A DNA stretch of 64,000 nucleotides. Source: the human T2T-CHM13v2.0 reference genome, Homo sapiens. The stretch lies in assembly GCF_009914755.1 (NCBI RefSeq), contig NC_060944.1; one strand, 5' to 3'. A program made the translations under genes and the position numbers. Positions 1-12,200 of this stretch are shown piece after piece (positions within the stretch are counted from its first letter, which is position 1; each line of letters begins with the position of its first letter). The notes beneath the pieces were generated by a model, which saw nothing but the letters and a program-made list of their open reading frames with translations, ran no database searches and was not told where the DNA came from.

Positions 1-388
1 TGCGGACACCTGGGAATTTTATAAGAGGTCACACAGGAGTGGGGAGAGGGCCAGAAGGGAGTTGCTGGAGACCCTGACCAGAGTGCAGCATGGTTGGGGC
101 AGCCAGAGGAGAAGAGAGCCACAGACAAGGGACGCAGGCACCAGAAAACGGCAAAGCCCGGGAGACCTCCAGGCGCCGGCCCCAGAACACCCAGCCCCAG
201 GAAGGAGTCTCCTTAGCTAGGCCACACACGCCTTCGACACGTGTGCACCCCTCCCCTTCGCCTGCAGCCTTCCAGAGGAGCTCTCCCTGCTGGCACAGGC
301 CTCCCGGGCACAGGTCACAGCAGCAACAGGTGTCTGTCCTATGCAACAGGCTTTAGGGGAAAGGGAATGTAAAGTCAAGGTTTCTCAC

Positions 389-511
389 CAGTAAATTCTG
401 CACGAGCTCTTTCACATTAGCTGCTGTCTCTGTAGACTGCTTGCCAGATGAAGCCAGTTTTATTAACGTAGATAGGAAATTTTTACATTTCTTCACGTTT
501 TCCATAGTTTC
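389..511 (-). CDS. TAF4: TAF4 exon 5 (123 nt), start of TAFH/NHR1 domain
   Basis: ETMENVKKCKNFLSTLIKLASSGKQSTETAANVKELVQNLL; acceptor ttaatccag|, donor CTG|GTGAGA. Confidence 0.97.
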
Positions 512-938
512 CTGGATTAAAGTAAAAAGATATAAGTGAAAAATCTTAAAAGGCAGATTTTTGTCACAGCCTTTGGTTACTAAAATATGCATATGTACAA
601 AAGATACATATATTTCTTCTCTAAACTTCTTTCAAGAAAACGCACCACCTCTTGGAACCCTGGGCCATGGGGCAGGCCAGCCACATCAGTCACATGGCCA
701 CCGAAGTCAGCATCTCCCTCAGCCCCGCAAGGCCACATCTAGGAATGCAGCTATGCAAATAATTAAAAAAGTGAAAAGAGACTCTGCGAAGATGCCTGCT
801 ACAATGTTGCTGACCATAAGGACAACCTATGCCAATCCAAACGGACACAGAAGGAACCAAATAGGATGCGGTCACTAAAGCAACGAAAAGTACGCAGCAA
901 AGAAACACCAAAAAGGCGTCAAGTGGGGCCCACTGTTT

Positions 939-1133
939 AAAGATGTCTATCGATACAGGCCGACACTGTGTGTACAAACGGGTGGCGCTGCTGTTTTACA
1001 CACTGAACACAACAGTTCACCAGTGACTCTTCTGTTTTAATAAAGATGTGTATCGATACAGGCCGACACTACGAGTGTGTACAAACGGGTGGCGCTGCTG
1101 TTTTACATACAACGCGACAGTGCACCAGTGACT
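939..1133. repeat. Two-copy ~103-bp tandem duplication in intron 4
   Basis: AAAGATGT(C/G)TATCGATACAGGCCGACACT...GTGTGTACAAACGGGTGGCGCTGCTGTTTTACA...CACCAGTGACT at 939 and 1042. Confidence 0.9.
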
Positions 1134-1382
1134 TTTTCAAAGGCAGGTGTTTGGGCTTTTGCTGTTTGCAGACTTCTGCGGTCTAAGGCCCTCGGAGCCC
1201 ACCTCACACAGCACAGCAGCAGAGCCCCACGTGCTCACGTGGGCCCCAGACTGTTCACTGCTTTGTGAAGCAAGCAGTGAGCGGTCTGGGACAGAAGCCG
1301 GCCTGAGGTCTCAAGGCTGCATTTTCTGACCTGCGCCACGGGCCTGACCGTCTTTGAAGGCACGGAAAGGAGTGGCTCTTAC

Positions 1383-1502
1383 CGTGGCAGCTGAGGAAGT
1401 GGTGGTCGCCCCTGGTACCGTGCGCTGAGGAGTCCCCGTCTGAACAGCCGTCGCCGTCCCAAGTGAAGCCGTCTGGGCAGCGCCACCCAGAACGAGCTGA
1501 GG
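1383..1502 (-). CDS. TAF4: TAF4 exon 4 (120 nt)
   Basis: PQLVLGGAAQTASLGTATAVQTGTPQRTVPGATTTSSAAT (read manually, not in ORF track); acceptor ttcttgtag|, donor ACG|GTAAGA. Confidence 0.96.
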
Positions 1503-4151
1503 CTACAAGAATCCAAAAACACAAGGTAAGGGCATCTCACGCCACCAGCTGACGAGGGGGAGACCAGCCTCACGCCCAGCAAAAGAAAACAAGCCTCCCT
1601 GCGGTGGCCAGGACGCCCAGGAAGCCAAGGACCCCGGCCACCTGCCAGCCCGCTGGACACGGGAGTGCTGCTGGGAGGCCTGCCCTGTGCCCTGACGATC
1701 GCAGTCCTGAGCGGGTGAGGAAGGCATGATTTGCACCTGCATCAAAAACGGACGTTCACAAAGCCAGGCACTGCAGAGACCCCAGTCCTCAGAAGTCCAT
1801 GGAAAAAGTCACATAGAGACCAGAGTAAATAATCCTAACAGGCAACCCAGATCCCCATCTCTCAGAAATCAAAACAACAAACAGAAGAACGGCTCCTGAA
1901 AGCTCCATCCTCCCAGGTGCAGAGGCTGGCTACAGGGCGGTCAGGGCTCCACAGCCGCAGCCTCCCATAGGGGAGGGTCCCCAGCTCCCTGCAATCACCC
2001 AAACCCACCTTTCTTTACTCCCCAAAAGTGAGTGTCAACAAGAAGCCTCCCACAGAGGGGAGTTTTCAGAGCAGATTCGAGCAATGGAGGATGGGTCATC
2101 AGTGTCAAACTGTCAGAAAGGAGGGGCTGCTTTGCTAAGCAAATGAACAGCCAGACGCCAAAAGGTAGCTCAGACAACTCAGTGGCCTGTACTCGATTCC
2201 TAACATTTCCATTCTACATGAATAATCAGAATGCAAATGTTTACTGATATTTTAAACTAGTACTTTTCCAATGTATAAATCTAGCAGTCAACATTTTCTG
2301 TCTCCAATTTTTTAAACACTCCTTTGCAACTTCTGAAAGCAGGGGGCAGTGTAAGCCTGAGAATGGCTCCGGAGCAGCGAGCTCTCTCCCGGTGGGTGCA
2401 GCCCCGCCAGCACGTGGGAAGCAACTCTGAACCAGCCCCGCTTCCAGAGGGGTGCGGATGGGCTGTGAGGAGGCAGCAGGGTGGAGGGACTGTTTCTAAG
2501 TCTGTGTATCTTTTCACTTGTAACAATAAGCATGGATTTTTTTTTTAACTGAAAAACATCAAATAAAAACCTCCAGTGAAGAAAACATAAAAGGACACAC
2601 CAAGCTGCTGCTTCTGGACCCTGGGAGTACCCAGGACCCACCTCATCTTTTGGGAGTCTTCTTTCCCATCAAAACTGACTCCTCACACTTACTTCCACTC
2701 CTAAGAACACATATTTCACTCAGATGATATCCAGATTGTGTCTGCCACTAAGTATAATGCAAAAACTTAACCATAAGCTCCAACTACCTTCTCAAAAAAG
2801 TCACTGTAACCAAAAATCCAGACGCACCAATCAGAGCACAGGACTGAGCAAGCTCCTTCAGGGAAAACACCAAGGGCGGGGCCTGCACCAAAGGCCAGCA
2901 CACATCTCCCTGGTACTGAACCGCCCTTCCACCCACTTTCACCCACTGCAGCTGCAGCCAGCCAGGACATGACCCAGTGAGGGTAGAAGAGCCGGGGTTG
3001 CGGGGGGAGCTGCCCCTGGAGTCCACACCCCCTGGGGCTCAGCCTCCATTTCACCACTGAGCAATGGGAAAAGGGCCTGTGGCACTGAGGCAAGGACTCT
3101 GGATCTCTCTGCAGAGCGTCCAGGCCCACTGCCTGGCTCATGGCAGGTGCTTCACCAGCAGCGACCAACACCATAGAGACCTACGCATCCACGGATGCTC
3201 ACAGACACCAGGTGACCAAGAAAAACCCCTGAACCATTTTTCTCCCAGCTGCTTCCTGCTGACTGCCCAGAGAAAGCTGCTTCCCTCACCAGGTGCGTCT
3301 GACCGGCCAGCCCCTTCCCCTCCACACACCTCCGCCACCCCTTCCAGAACAGCCTGGCCTGCACACAAACCCTTCTGGGATCTGCAGGCCAAAGGCTGAG
3401 CTGTCAGGAGCATCAGCACCACTAGGAGAGGGGCCAGCACCTGCTCTGGGACACGCTCCTCTCTGCAGATGAAAACGCTGTTCTAGAAACCAGCGGCCAC
3501 CAGGGTGGATACAGAACCCTTCTAGAACGATGCTCTCACTACAGACGAGGGATGTGAGCGGCAGGTGGCAGCGTGGCGTGGCAGGCACCGTGCAGGTGGC
3601 ATGGCCGGGAGTGAGTCCCAGAGCCTCCCTTGCCTCAGTGTAAGCGCCGCACCACGAGATGAAGGGAGCGATGTCATCTGCTTCCCAGGGTGCGGTGAAA
3701 GTTACGGTCCATGTGCCTGCAACAGTGAGAGCGACGCCTCGGCCACGTTCACCTTAGCGACAGCCGCCGTCCTCAAGTTACACACAAGGCCACATGTGCA
3801 CACACACACTGTCCTCACCGCAGGCTGCTTCTGCTTCAGACATGCCTTATGATCAAGTACTAGTAAGGACATAGTTTTAATGCTTCCAACATGGTGGAAA
3901 GCTTGAACAGTGCTGCTGGTGTTAAATTCTGTGTGACTAAAAAAAAGAAAAAAGAAAAAAAGAAATCCTGACTTATCCCATGTTGGTGGTCAAAGAAAAA
4001 GCACTTTCTTCACAGAGAACCTTCCTCCCCAGATTTGACGTAGTATCCAGTTTAAAAAAAAAAAAAAACTCCTAAGGCCTGATCTCTGCATCAAAGAAAT
4101 CACACTTCGTGGCCCCTGCAGCCTCAAGAGATCCGCCGCCTGCCCTCTCAC

Positions 4152-4271
4152 CTGGACGCCGGGCGAGCGCTGCAGGGTTGCACTGGGCTGCACCGTTGTC
4201 TGGGCCTGAGACACTTGCTTAATTATGGTAGTTGGGGTCACCTGCCGTGCAATGATAGGTGTTCCAGGTGC
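4152..4271 (-). CDS. TAF4: TAF4 exon 3 (120 nt)
   Basis: APGTPIIARQVTPTTIIKQVSQAQTTVQPSATLQRSPGVQ; acceptor tttttcag|, donor CAG|GTGAGA. Confidence 0.97.
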
Positions 4272-4603
4272 CTGAAAAATAAGCAGAGTCACCTAAAACG
4301 AGCGCAAGTAAAAGGAATTCCCACCCCCAGGTACACAGAAATTATTCCTTCCATATGTAACTAGTATATCCAAGTGGGTCCCAGGCTTATCCGTGATCTG
4401 CAATGAAGCCACTGTAATTCTAAAGTTTTCTTACCAAAGAACAAGTGTATGACAAACATTTTCCTATACTACAATAAACATATCATTAGGCTTCTTAACA
4501 GAGTCTACAAAAGGTCATCTCTGAAGAACGCAGGTATCTAGAAATCAATCCTCGTGCTGCTGGCTTGTGACCTCGTTAACAATCACTAAAAAGGATGCAA
4601 AGG

Positions 4604-4700
4604 CAGACGGCCAGTCAGTGTCGCAAAGGGGTAGGGAGGTGGCCGCCCCTAGGCTAGATGGCCAGTCAGTGCCAGAGAGGGGAAGGAAGGTGGCTGCCCA
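4604..4700. repeat. Two-copy ~49-bp diverged tandem duplication
   Basis: AGA(C/T)GGCCAGTCAGTG...AGGGG.AGG.AGGTGGC.GCCC repeated. Confidence 0.7.
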
Positions 4701-5182
4701 GGACAGAGGGACGCCACAAGTCCTGAGCCCATGAAGTTTGTCGGAGAGAGACTGACATGGAAAGAGCAGATGGCAGACTGCAATGGGATGCCCACAGTGC
4801 AAGTGAAGCCACGAGTGTCTTCCACAGTGTCCCACTCAGCAGACAGATGCTGCAGACTTGAGGACACCGTTCTGTGCTACTTCAGATCTGGGTGGTCTCT
4901 GGCAGCCTCCGGCACGTCCGTCCACGTCCCTGTCTATGGGACAGAGGCACAACTCCAGAGGGTACGCAGCTCACGTAGCAGGAGAAGGATGCTGATCAAG
5001 TCATTCCAGTCTTCACAAACCTGCCAGGTCATTCAGAGCAGCAGCATCACAGTGCCAGGGAAACACGGCAGGAGACGGGGCAGGAACACGCAGCGTGCGG
5101 GCACGTGCAGGTGACAGTCATGGGGCCAGACACAGACACACGCCGGGAGAGGCAAGTCCTGGGCACTCTGCCCTCCAAGTCA

Positions 5183-5241
5183 GAATCCGTGCTCCCTACC
5201 ACAGCTCAGGGGTCGGGAGCTTCGGCCCTGAAGGCTGACGC

Positions 5242-5291
<50 letters not shown>

Positions 5292-5356
5292 CCGTGCTCC
5301 CTACCACAGCTCAGGAGTCGGGAGCTTCGGCCCTGAAGGCTGACGCGGGGGTGTGG

Positions 5357-5389
<33 letters not shown>

Positions 5390-5402
5390 TGTGTGTGTGT
5401 GT
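5183..5402. repeat. Tandem duplication of a ~60-bp unique segment plus (TG)n
   Basis: GAATCCGTGCTCCCTACCACAGCTCAGG(G/A)GTCGGGAGCTTCGGCCCTGAAGGCTGACGCGGG followed by (TG)~22 and by an interrupted (TG)~26. Confidence 0.95.
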
Positions 5403-5883
5403 CCCTCTGGCACCCCCTAACAGCAGCAGCCAACCCCACTCGCACACAGCGGCTCCAGGACTCTTGGTGCCTTAAAAGTCTCCATGCGGCGCTGGTGGCG
5501 GTCCTGCCAGTGGAGTCCTAGCACCATCTCTACTTTGCAGATGAGGGGACAGGCACAGGAAGGTGAAGCCACAGGGAGAGAAGGGAAGGGGCCAGAGCGG
5601 CCAACCCTGGACTGCTCACTTTGACCCCACTCGGCCCGCCCTGCAGTGGGCTGCGGGAGCTGGTGTCTCTGAGACAGGCACAGCCCTGCCACCGAGAGGA
5701 GGACAGGAGAGCAGCGCCGTCCCGGGCCCATCCTAGATGGGACGGATGGGACTGGGACGCCGCCCACACTTCCCAGTCCTCACTCCCATGGCTGTGCCTG
5801 GCCCTTGCAGGTTTCCCCAGCATGCGTGGGGAGAGGGGCTGGGCAGGGAAGGGGTTCGCACTCCAGGGCACACGTGCACTCAC

Positions 5884-6044
5884 CTGTACGGTGGAGATCT
5901 GGACGGGAGGGGCACTTGTGGGGGTGGCAGGGCGAGGCGCCATGGTGGTCTGAGGCTGGGCATGGGCCTGCGCCTGCATCTGGGCCAAGGCCTGCTGAGG
6001 AATCATTAACAACTGCCCATTCTCACTTCGGACGAGGACCATTC
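5884..6044 (-). CDS. TAF4: TAF4 exon 2 (161 nt)
   Basis: (G)MVLVRSENGQLLMIPQQALAQMQAQ...VQISTVQ; acceptor ttgtctgcag|GA, donor CAG|GTGAGT; phase matches exon 1. Confidence 0.97.
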
Positions 6045-7578
6045 CTGCAGACAAAGGAGACCTGGCGTCAGGAACGCAACCACCCCAGAGCCATGAGGAG
6101 GCCCTGGCCTGACCCAGGGGAAGCTGACAGCTGTGAGAAGGAAACAAAGGAAATCAAGTCTTAAACACACGAATCCCCCAAACTCAAAACACACTTGTGA
6201 GTCAAGATGGTATACAAGACAAAAAAACTGTAAAGGTTGTTAAAAGGCCATGGAAAAAAAATGGCACCTGAGCCTTCCTTTTATGAATGAGCTGGACAGC
6301 AAGGCAGTGTAGCAATGGCTTCCACCGGCCACACCACGTGCCCCCATGCCCCCAACCAGCCCATACACCCCACAGACATGCCAGTCTCCTTGCCCCCACC
6401 TCCTGCCTGTGCCAGGGCCACGTCCGCTGGGCTGGGCCTAGAGGGCACAACCATGTCTACGGCCCATACTCCAGGGTCTCCCAGCCTGCTGTCCTGTGAC
6501 ACCCAGACCCAACAGAGGGAGGGTGGGCCACGAGGCTCCTCACCAGAACCCTCCTCTCGGGAGGCAGGGCAGTGCTGCCCCCACACTGCCCTGACAACCA
6601 CAACACAGGCGCAGATGCGACGCAACCCTTAGGACAGGAGAACCATTTGCCCGTCATGGTTCTTGAGCTAAACCACAGGAAAGCAAATCCTGCCATTCAG
6701 GTTTGGCATTAATGTTAGCTTCAAAAAACAGCAACCAGTTATATCATAAATTCCATTAGAAACAGCAACACAATTGTCCAACTTTTAAATTTAACTTCCC
6801 ATGACAGAGGTGGGGATGCAGCCGTGGGAGCAGGGCTATAAACACTGCACTCTTTCCCGAGTGAAGCCTCGGCAGACAGCCCAGCACCAAGGAGCTGAGA
6901 AACTAAACACACGTGCAATGAGGCACCGCCACCGGCCGTCCCCACCACCCATCACACACTGGCCAAGCCACGGGGCACAGGGGGCGGCCACTGCGTTTCC
7001 CAGCCTCTCCTTCCTCCCCTTTATGGAGAATGGGAAATGATAACCTCGAAAAAGATGAAGTAAGGCCTGAAAACCTCCTGTTGGTCATGATGACAAATGA
7101 GCGTGGGGCTTCCTCCTCCTGCGCTATGACGCTGGGGCACTCTCAGGGCTGTCGGCTCCAGCTCTTTCGAAACTCAGCATGGTATCAAGAATAATGGTGA
7201 TGCCTCTCCTGGGCTAACATCTAAAATTCTTGATCCAAAAAGCCACATTTATGCCCATTAAGAAAACTTCCCCCCAAAACGCCCCTTTCAAAATAAACCA
7301 TGCTGAAATCAAACAAAAACCAAACACCCAGCTGCAGCAAATAACCTGCTGGAATCTCCAAGCCTGGAGCTCGGGAACGAAGTAACAGGAAAGGCCTCCA
7401 AGGCTCCGTCTCCGAGTCTGTGCCCACAGTGCCCAAGGACAGCCTTCAAAGCCAGGTGGGCACTCATCAGCCATGTGGCCGCCAGAGCTGCTGCGCGTAA
7501 CGAGGGAGAGTTCCACTCTCACCCAAGCACACTCGGCGCCTGGGGACCCCAAAACAAGACACCTGGTAAATACCCCCA

Positions 7579-8117
7579 TGTATGTGGTTATTATGGAGTG
7601 TCAACTTGATTGAAGAATGCAAAGTATTGTTCCTGGGTGTGTTTGTGAGGGTGTTGCCAAAGAAGGTTAACATTTGAGTCAGCGGACTGGAAGAGGCAGA
7701 CCCAGCGTCAATGTGGCTGGGCACCATCTAATCAGCTGCCAGCGTGGCTAGAATAAAGCAGGCAGAGGAACGTGGAAGGACTGGACTGGCTGAGTCCTCC
7801 GGCCTCCATCTTTCTCCAGAGCTGGATGCTTCCTGCCCTGGAACTTCAGACTCCAAGTTCTTCAGCTTTTAGACTCCTGGCCTTACACCAGTGGTTTGCC
7901 AGGGGTTCTCAGGCCTTTGGCCACAGACTGAAGGCTGCACTGTCGGCTTCCCTACTTTTGAGATCTGGGGACTCAGACTGGCTTCCGGGCTCCTCAGGTG
8001 CACACAGCCTATTGAGGGACTTCACCTTGTGATCCTGAGAGTCAATTCTCCTAATAAACTCCCCTTCATAGATTCATCTCTCCTATTAGTTCTGTCCCTT
8101 TAGAGTACGCTAATACA
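7579..8117 (+). mobile_element. ERVL solo LTR, MLT2A-like
   Basis: TG...GTGTCAACTTGATTGAAG..TGCAAAGTATTGTTCCTGGGTGTG...GGGCACCATCTAATCAGCTGCCAGC...CTAATACA resembles the MLT2A consensus; AATAAA near 8053. Confidence 0.85.
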
Positions 8118-8194
8118 ATGTCCTCAAACCCAACACTTCATTCACTGCATTCGGAGACACCTTGCTCCTCCTCCTCAAGAATTCTGAGAAGCCA

Positions 8195-8497
8195 GGGTGA
8201 GTGTGGTGGCTCACACCTGAAATCCAGCACTTTAGGAGGCCAAGATGGAGGGATCACTTGAGGCTGGTTCGAGACCAGACTGGGCAATATAGTGAGACCC
8301 CATCTTTGCAAAAAAAAAATTTTTTTTTAATTAGCCAGGCGTGGTGGCACACCTGTAGTTCCAGCTACTTGGGAGGCTAGGGTGGGAGGATCATCTGAGT
8401 CCAGGAGCTGGAAGCTGCAGTGGGCTACCATCGCATCATCACACTCCAGCCTGGACCACAGAGTGAGACCCCATCTCCTAAAAACAAAAAAAAAAAA
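8195..8497 (+). mobile_element. Alu (AluJ-like)
   Basis: Dimeric Alu with A tail; TSD AATTCTGAGAAGCCA 8180-8194/8509-8523. Confidence 0.92.
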
Positions 8498-8693
8498 TGT
8501 TTTTAAGGAATTCTGAGAAGCCAATAATGGACGCAGACTTAAGTGCACACATGGGAATGGGACGGAAACAGGACAAAGGAGGCTTCAGTGTCCGTCCCAG
8601 TGCCTCCACACCCAATGTCAAACCTGACATTCTCATAGTGAGTGAAGAGACTTTAATTATCAGGAGCTTTGTGCTTTAAAAAATTGCATCCAA

Positions 8694-9010
<317 letters not shown>

Positions 9011-9021
9011 ATTGCATCCAA

Positions 9022-9253
<232 letters not shown>

Positions 9254-12200
9254 TTAAAATTCTAACAAAATAAAAGTGGCATTCTGGACATCACAGAAGT
9301 GTAGGGAAACAGCCATGGGTCACTGTGAAAATGTGCCCTGTGGTCGGGCCCAGTGTCCCTTGTGGTCAGGAAAGTTGGAGAAGGAATCAAACGTCCCACA
9401 AGAAGTGACCATGTGACTTCAGGCAGGTACAACGTAGCTTCTCGAGGCATTGAAAATATCTGTGAACCAAGCGCGAGTGGCCACGTCTCCTAAGCCGAAC
9501 TGAGGTTTGCTTCCAACAAACAGCACATAAGAGGCGCTGTCACTGGGGACTTTCTTGTCCGCCTCCCTGGTTATTGTATCACAGCCTGACTGTACCAAAA
9601 AGCAAAGTCAGACACTGTGTGATGATCTGAGGACACTCAGAACACCAACGGCTGCATCCACGCCATGTTTCCGAGAGGTTCTCACAGTTCTGGGTCCTGT
9701 GAGCTCTGTTTACGGACAAATAATCCAGCAGCATCTATTCACGCCAAGGCAAAGAAGTGCAACTCCGTCTCAAGACATAACTAATTTAAGAGTAATCAAC
9801 CGTGGTTACGGGCGGCACCTGACCTACGAAAGGCAGCCGCCCCTCCTGCCTCTACTCCTCTCTCTGCACTTGCAGCAGGGTACACGTGGCAGGTGTGGCC
9901 CCCACCCCGCCCCACAGATGGGACCCCAAGGCCAGGGCGGAGGGTTCTGTCTGAGAGCTCCCCAGAGAGAGCCACGTGGGACACTGGCCGTGTCCCCACC
10001 CAGGTCTTTGTGAGGAATGCAGAGAGGAGCCAAGGATGACAGGGAGCAGGGCTCTCGGATACAGAGGCACAACCGGCTCCACGCACCCAGCCCTCGAGTC
10101 AGGGAGGAAGCAGTCAAACCTGCAACAAGAAACACGACATCCGTCCCAAAGACCCTCAGCATCCTCGTCCAACCAAGATGGGCAATTCCAGGTGGTGACG
10201 GGATGGGGCATAGCCCTGAAGGTCATTAACAGTTAAGGTCAGGAAGCTGGGGCCTGGGACCCTGCCTCCTGACCGGGCCACTGTGGCCACCGCCGCCTCC
10301 CCCGCAACCTCCCCAGCTCACAGCCCCTCTCTCTGCCCCACCCCACCTTCCTGGAGACTCCTTCATGGCACAGCCAAAACCCCACACCAGCCAATGTGCA
10401 CATACAACCACCACAATGGGTCAGGGTCCAGCTAACAGAACCGCACTGGGGCTTCCAATTGTCCTAATATCTTCCTTACCACAGAAAGAAGTGTTCTTCA
10501 CAGAAAGTTTAATAAGTGCAGAGAAGTACAAGAACAATGGAAACCTCCTGAAGCCCCTCTCCTGGCTGGCACAGCTCAGGTGCCACTCAGTGTGCACCGT
10601 GCACTTGGAAGCCGTAAGGACCACGGAGGCCACCCGCCCGAGTTCCCTGCCAGCTCCCCCGTTCCCTGCCCGCTCCCCGGGCGCACTTCCCATGGCAGTA
10701 AACATTCTTCAGAAACGTAACTGTCCGTGGCTACATACTATTTCATCCAAATTGTGTTTATAATTTCCTTCTGGTGAAGATTTAAGCTATTTTCTATTTT
10801 TCATTATGGTGAAAATGTAGGTTTTGAAACTGAAACAGTGTGAAACTCTCCACTCTCCCAGCGGTTCAAGGCCACACTGCTTGAGGCGGGCAATGCAGAG
10901 CCAGCAGTGGCCACGAGACGCCTCCCTGGGGAAGGAGCAGCGTGCACTCCTCCAAAGCCTGGCCAGTGGCCAGTGGTGACCAGTGGTGACCAGTGCCTCC
11001 CCCAGAGCCTTCCAGGGACCCACGTCCCCAGCTCAGCATGCCGCCACCGATTCCCACAGTGTGAGTGAATCCCACCCTCCCTGAGGAGAAACACCAGGGT
11101 TCTTACCCCACACAACAGTTTTCCTGATTCCTTTTGTAGGTAACACTTTTACTGTACTTGAAGCCACAATGTAGAGCATGCGAAGCTGTGCCACAACCAC
11201 ACGGGCACCTGCACCCTGGGAACCCCCACCTGTGGGGGAAATGCCTTTGCCGGGTGCCGCAGGCCGCCCCGCACTCTCAGCACAAACCCCGGCCCTGGGC
11301 CTGGGGCTGTGGACTCCGCCCTGGCCTCCTGAGGCCCAGCCCCGGCTACCTCTTGGCCCTGCACCACCCGCCCTGGCTTGGCTCTGTCTGTGGCTCTCCT
11401 GTGTAGCCCAGGTCAGGACACATCCCTCCACAGGGGTCCATGTTCACCTCTGCCAAACCCAGGGCTGTGACCATCCTGCTATGCAAGTCACTCCGGAGCA
11501 TGGCACCAGCCCCAGCCCCAGCCCAGGACGACAGGCCCCTGTGGATTCTCAGAGGGGCATTTCCTCCCTCCCAACGCACAGGACAGGCTGCAGGCACCGC
11601 TGTGCCCTCTGCCGGTGGGGGGGCTCTTTCTGGTCCTGAGGGGCTCTCAGCCCCAGCTCTCCTCCTGAGGCTACAGGACTCTCTGGCACAAGCATCAGGG
11701 GCACGGAGCCAGGCGCTGAACAGTCGCCCCTGCCAGCCCACGGGGACACAAGGTCCCAACCCTCAGCTGCTGTCCAGCTCCACGTCTGAGCCCTGCTGGT
11801 TTTCCTTATCTTCTAGAACGCTAAACTCTTCATTTAAAAGAACATTTATCCAACTTCCCCAGCCTTTCTGGGTGTCTGGTAATGGGAAGCTTTGTTAGGA
11901 CTTCTGTCCCATCTCACCGTCATGTCGCAGCTCAATACCAGCCCCTCCACCAGATGGGCAAACAGCCAGGGACCACCAGCCACCTGAGGAAGGCCCAGCA
12001 TCAACCCAGACACCAAAGCAGTGAACTGATCAAAATAAGCAAGAAACCCTCTTCAAAATCACAAAGATTATCCAATACGACAGTCAAATTAAAAATTCCT
12101 GGGATGACCAGACGACAGCACCGAGGCATTCCCCCTGAATACAGTATAGAAAAAGAGAGTGGAAACTTGGAAGAACAGATGAGAAAATGTGAAGGAGCAT

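Noticed and set aside
5530-6147. 205-aa ORF, and similar ORFs at 3990-4292, 353-592 and 57172-57260
   Set aside because: These are TAF4 exons read through into flanking intron; true boundaries were set from splice sites
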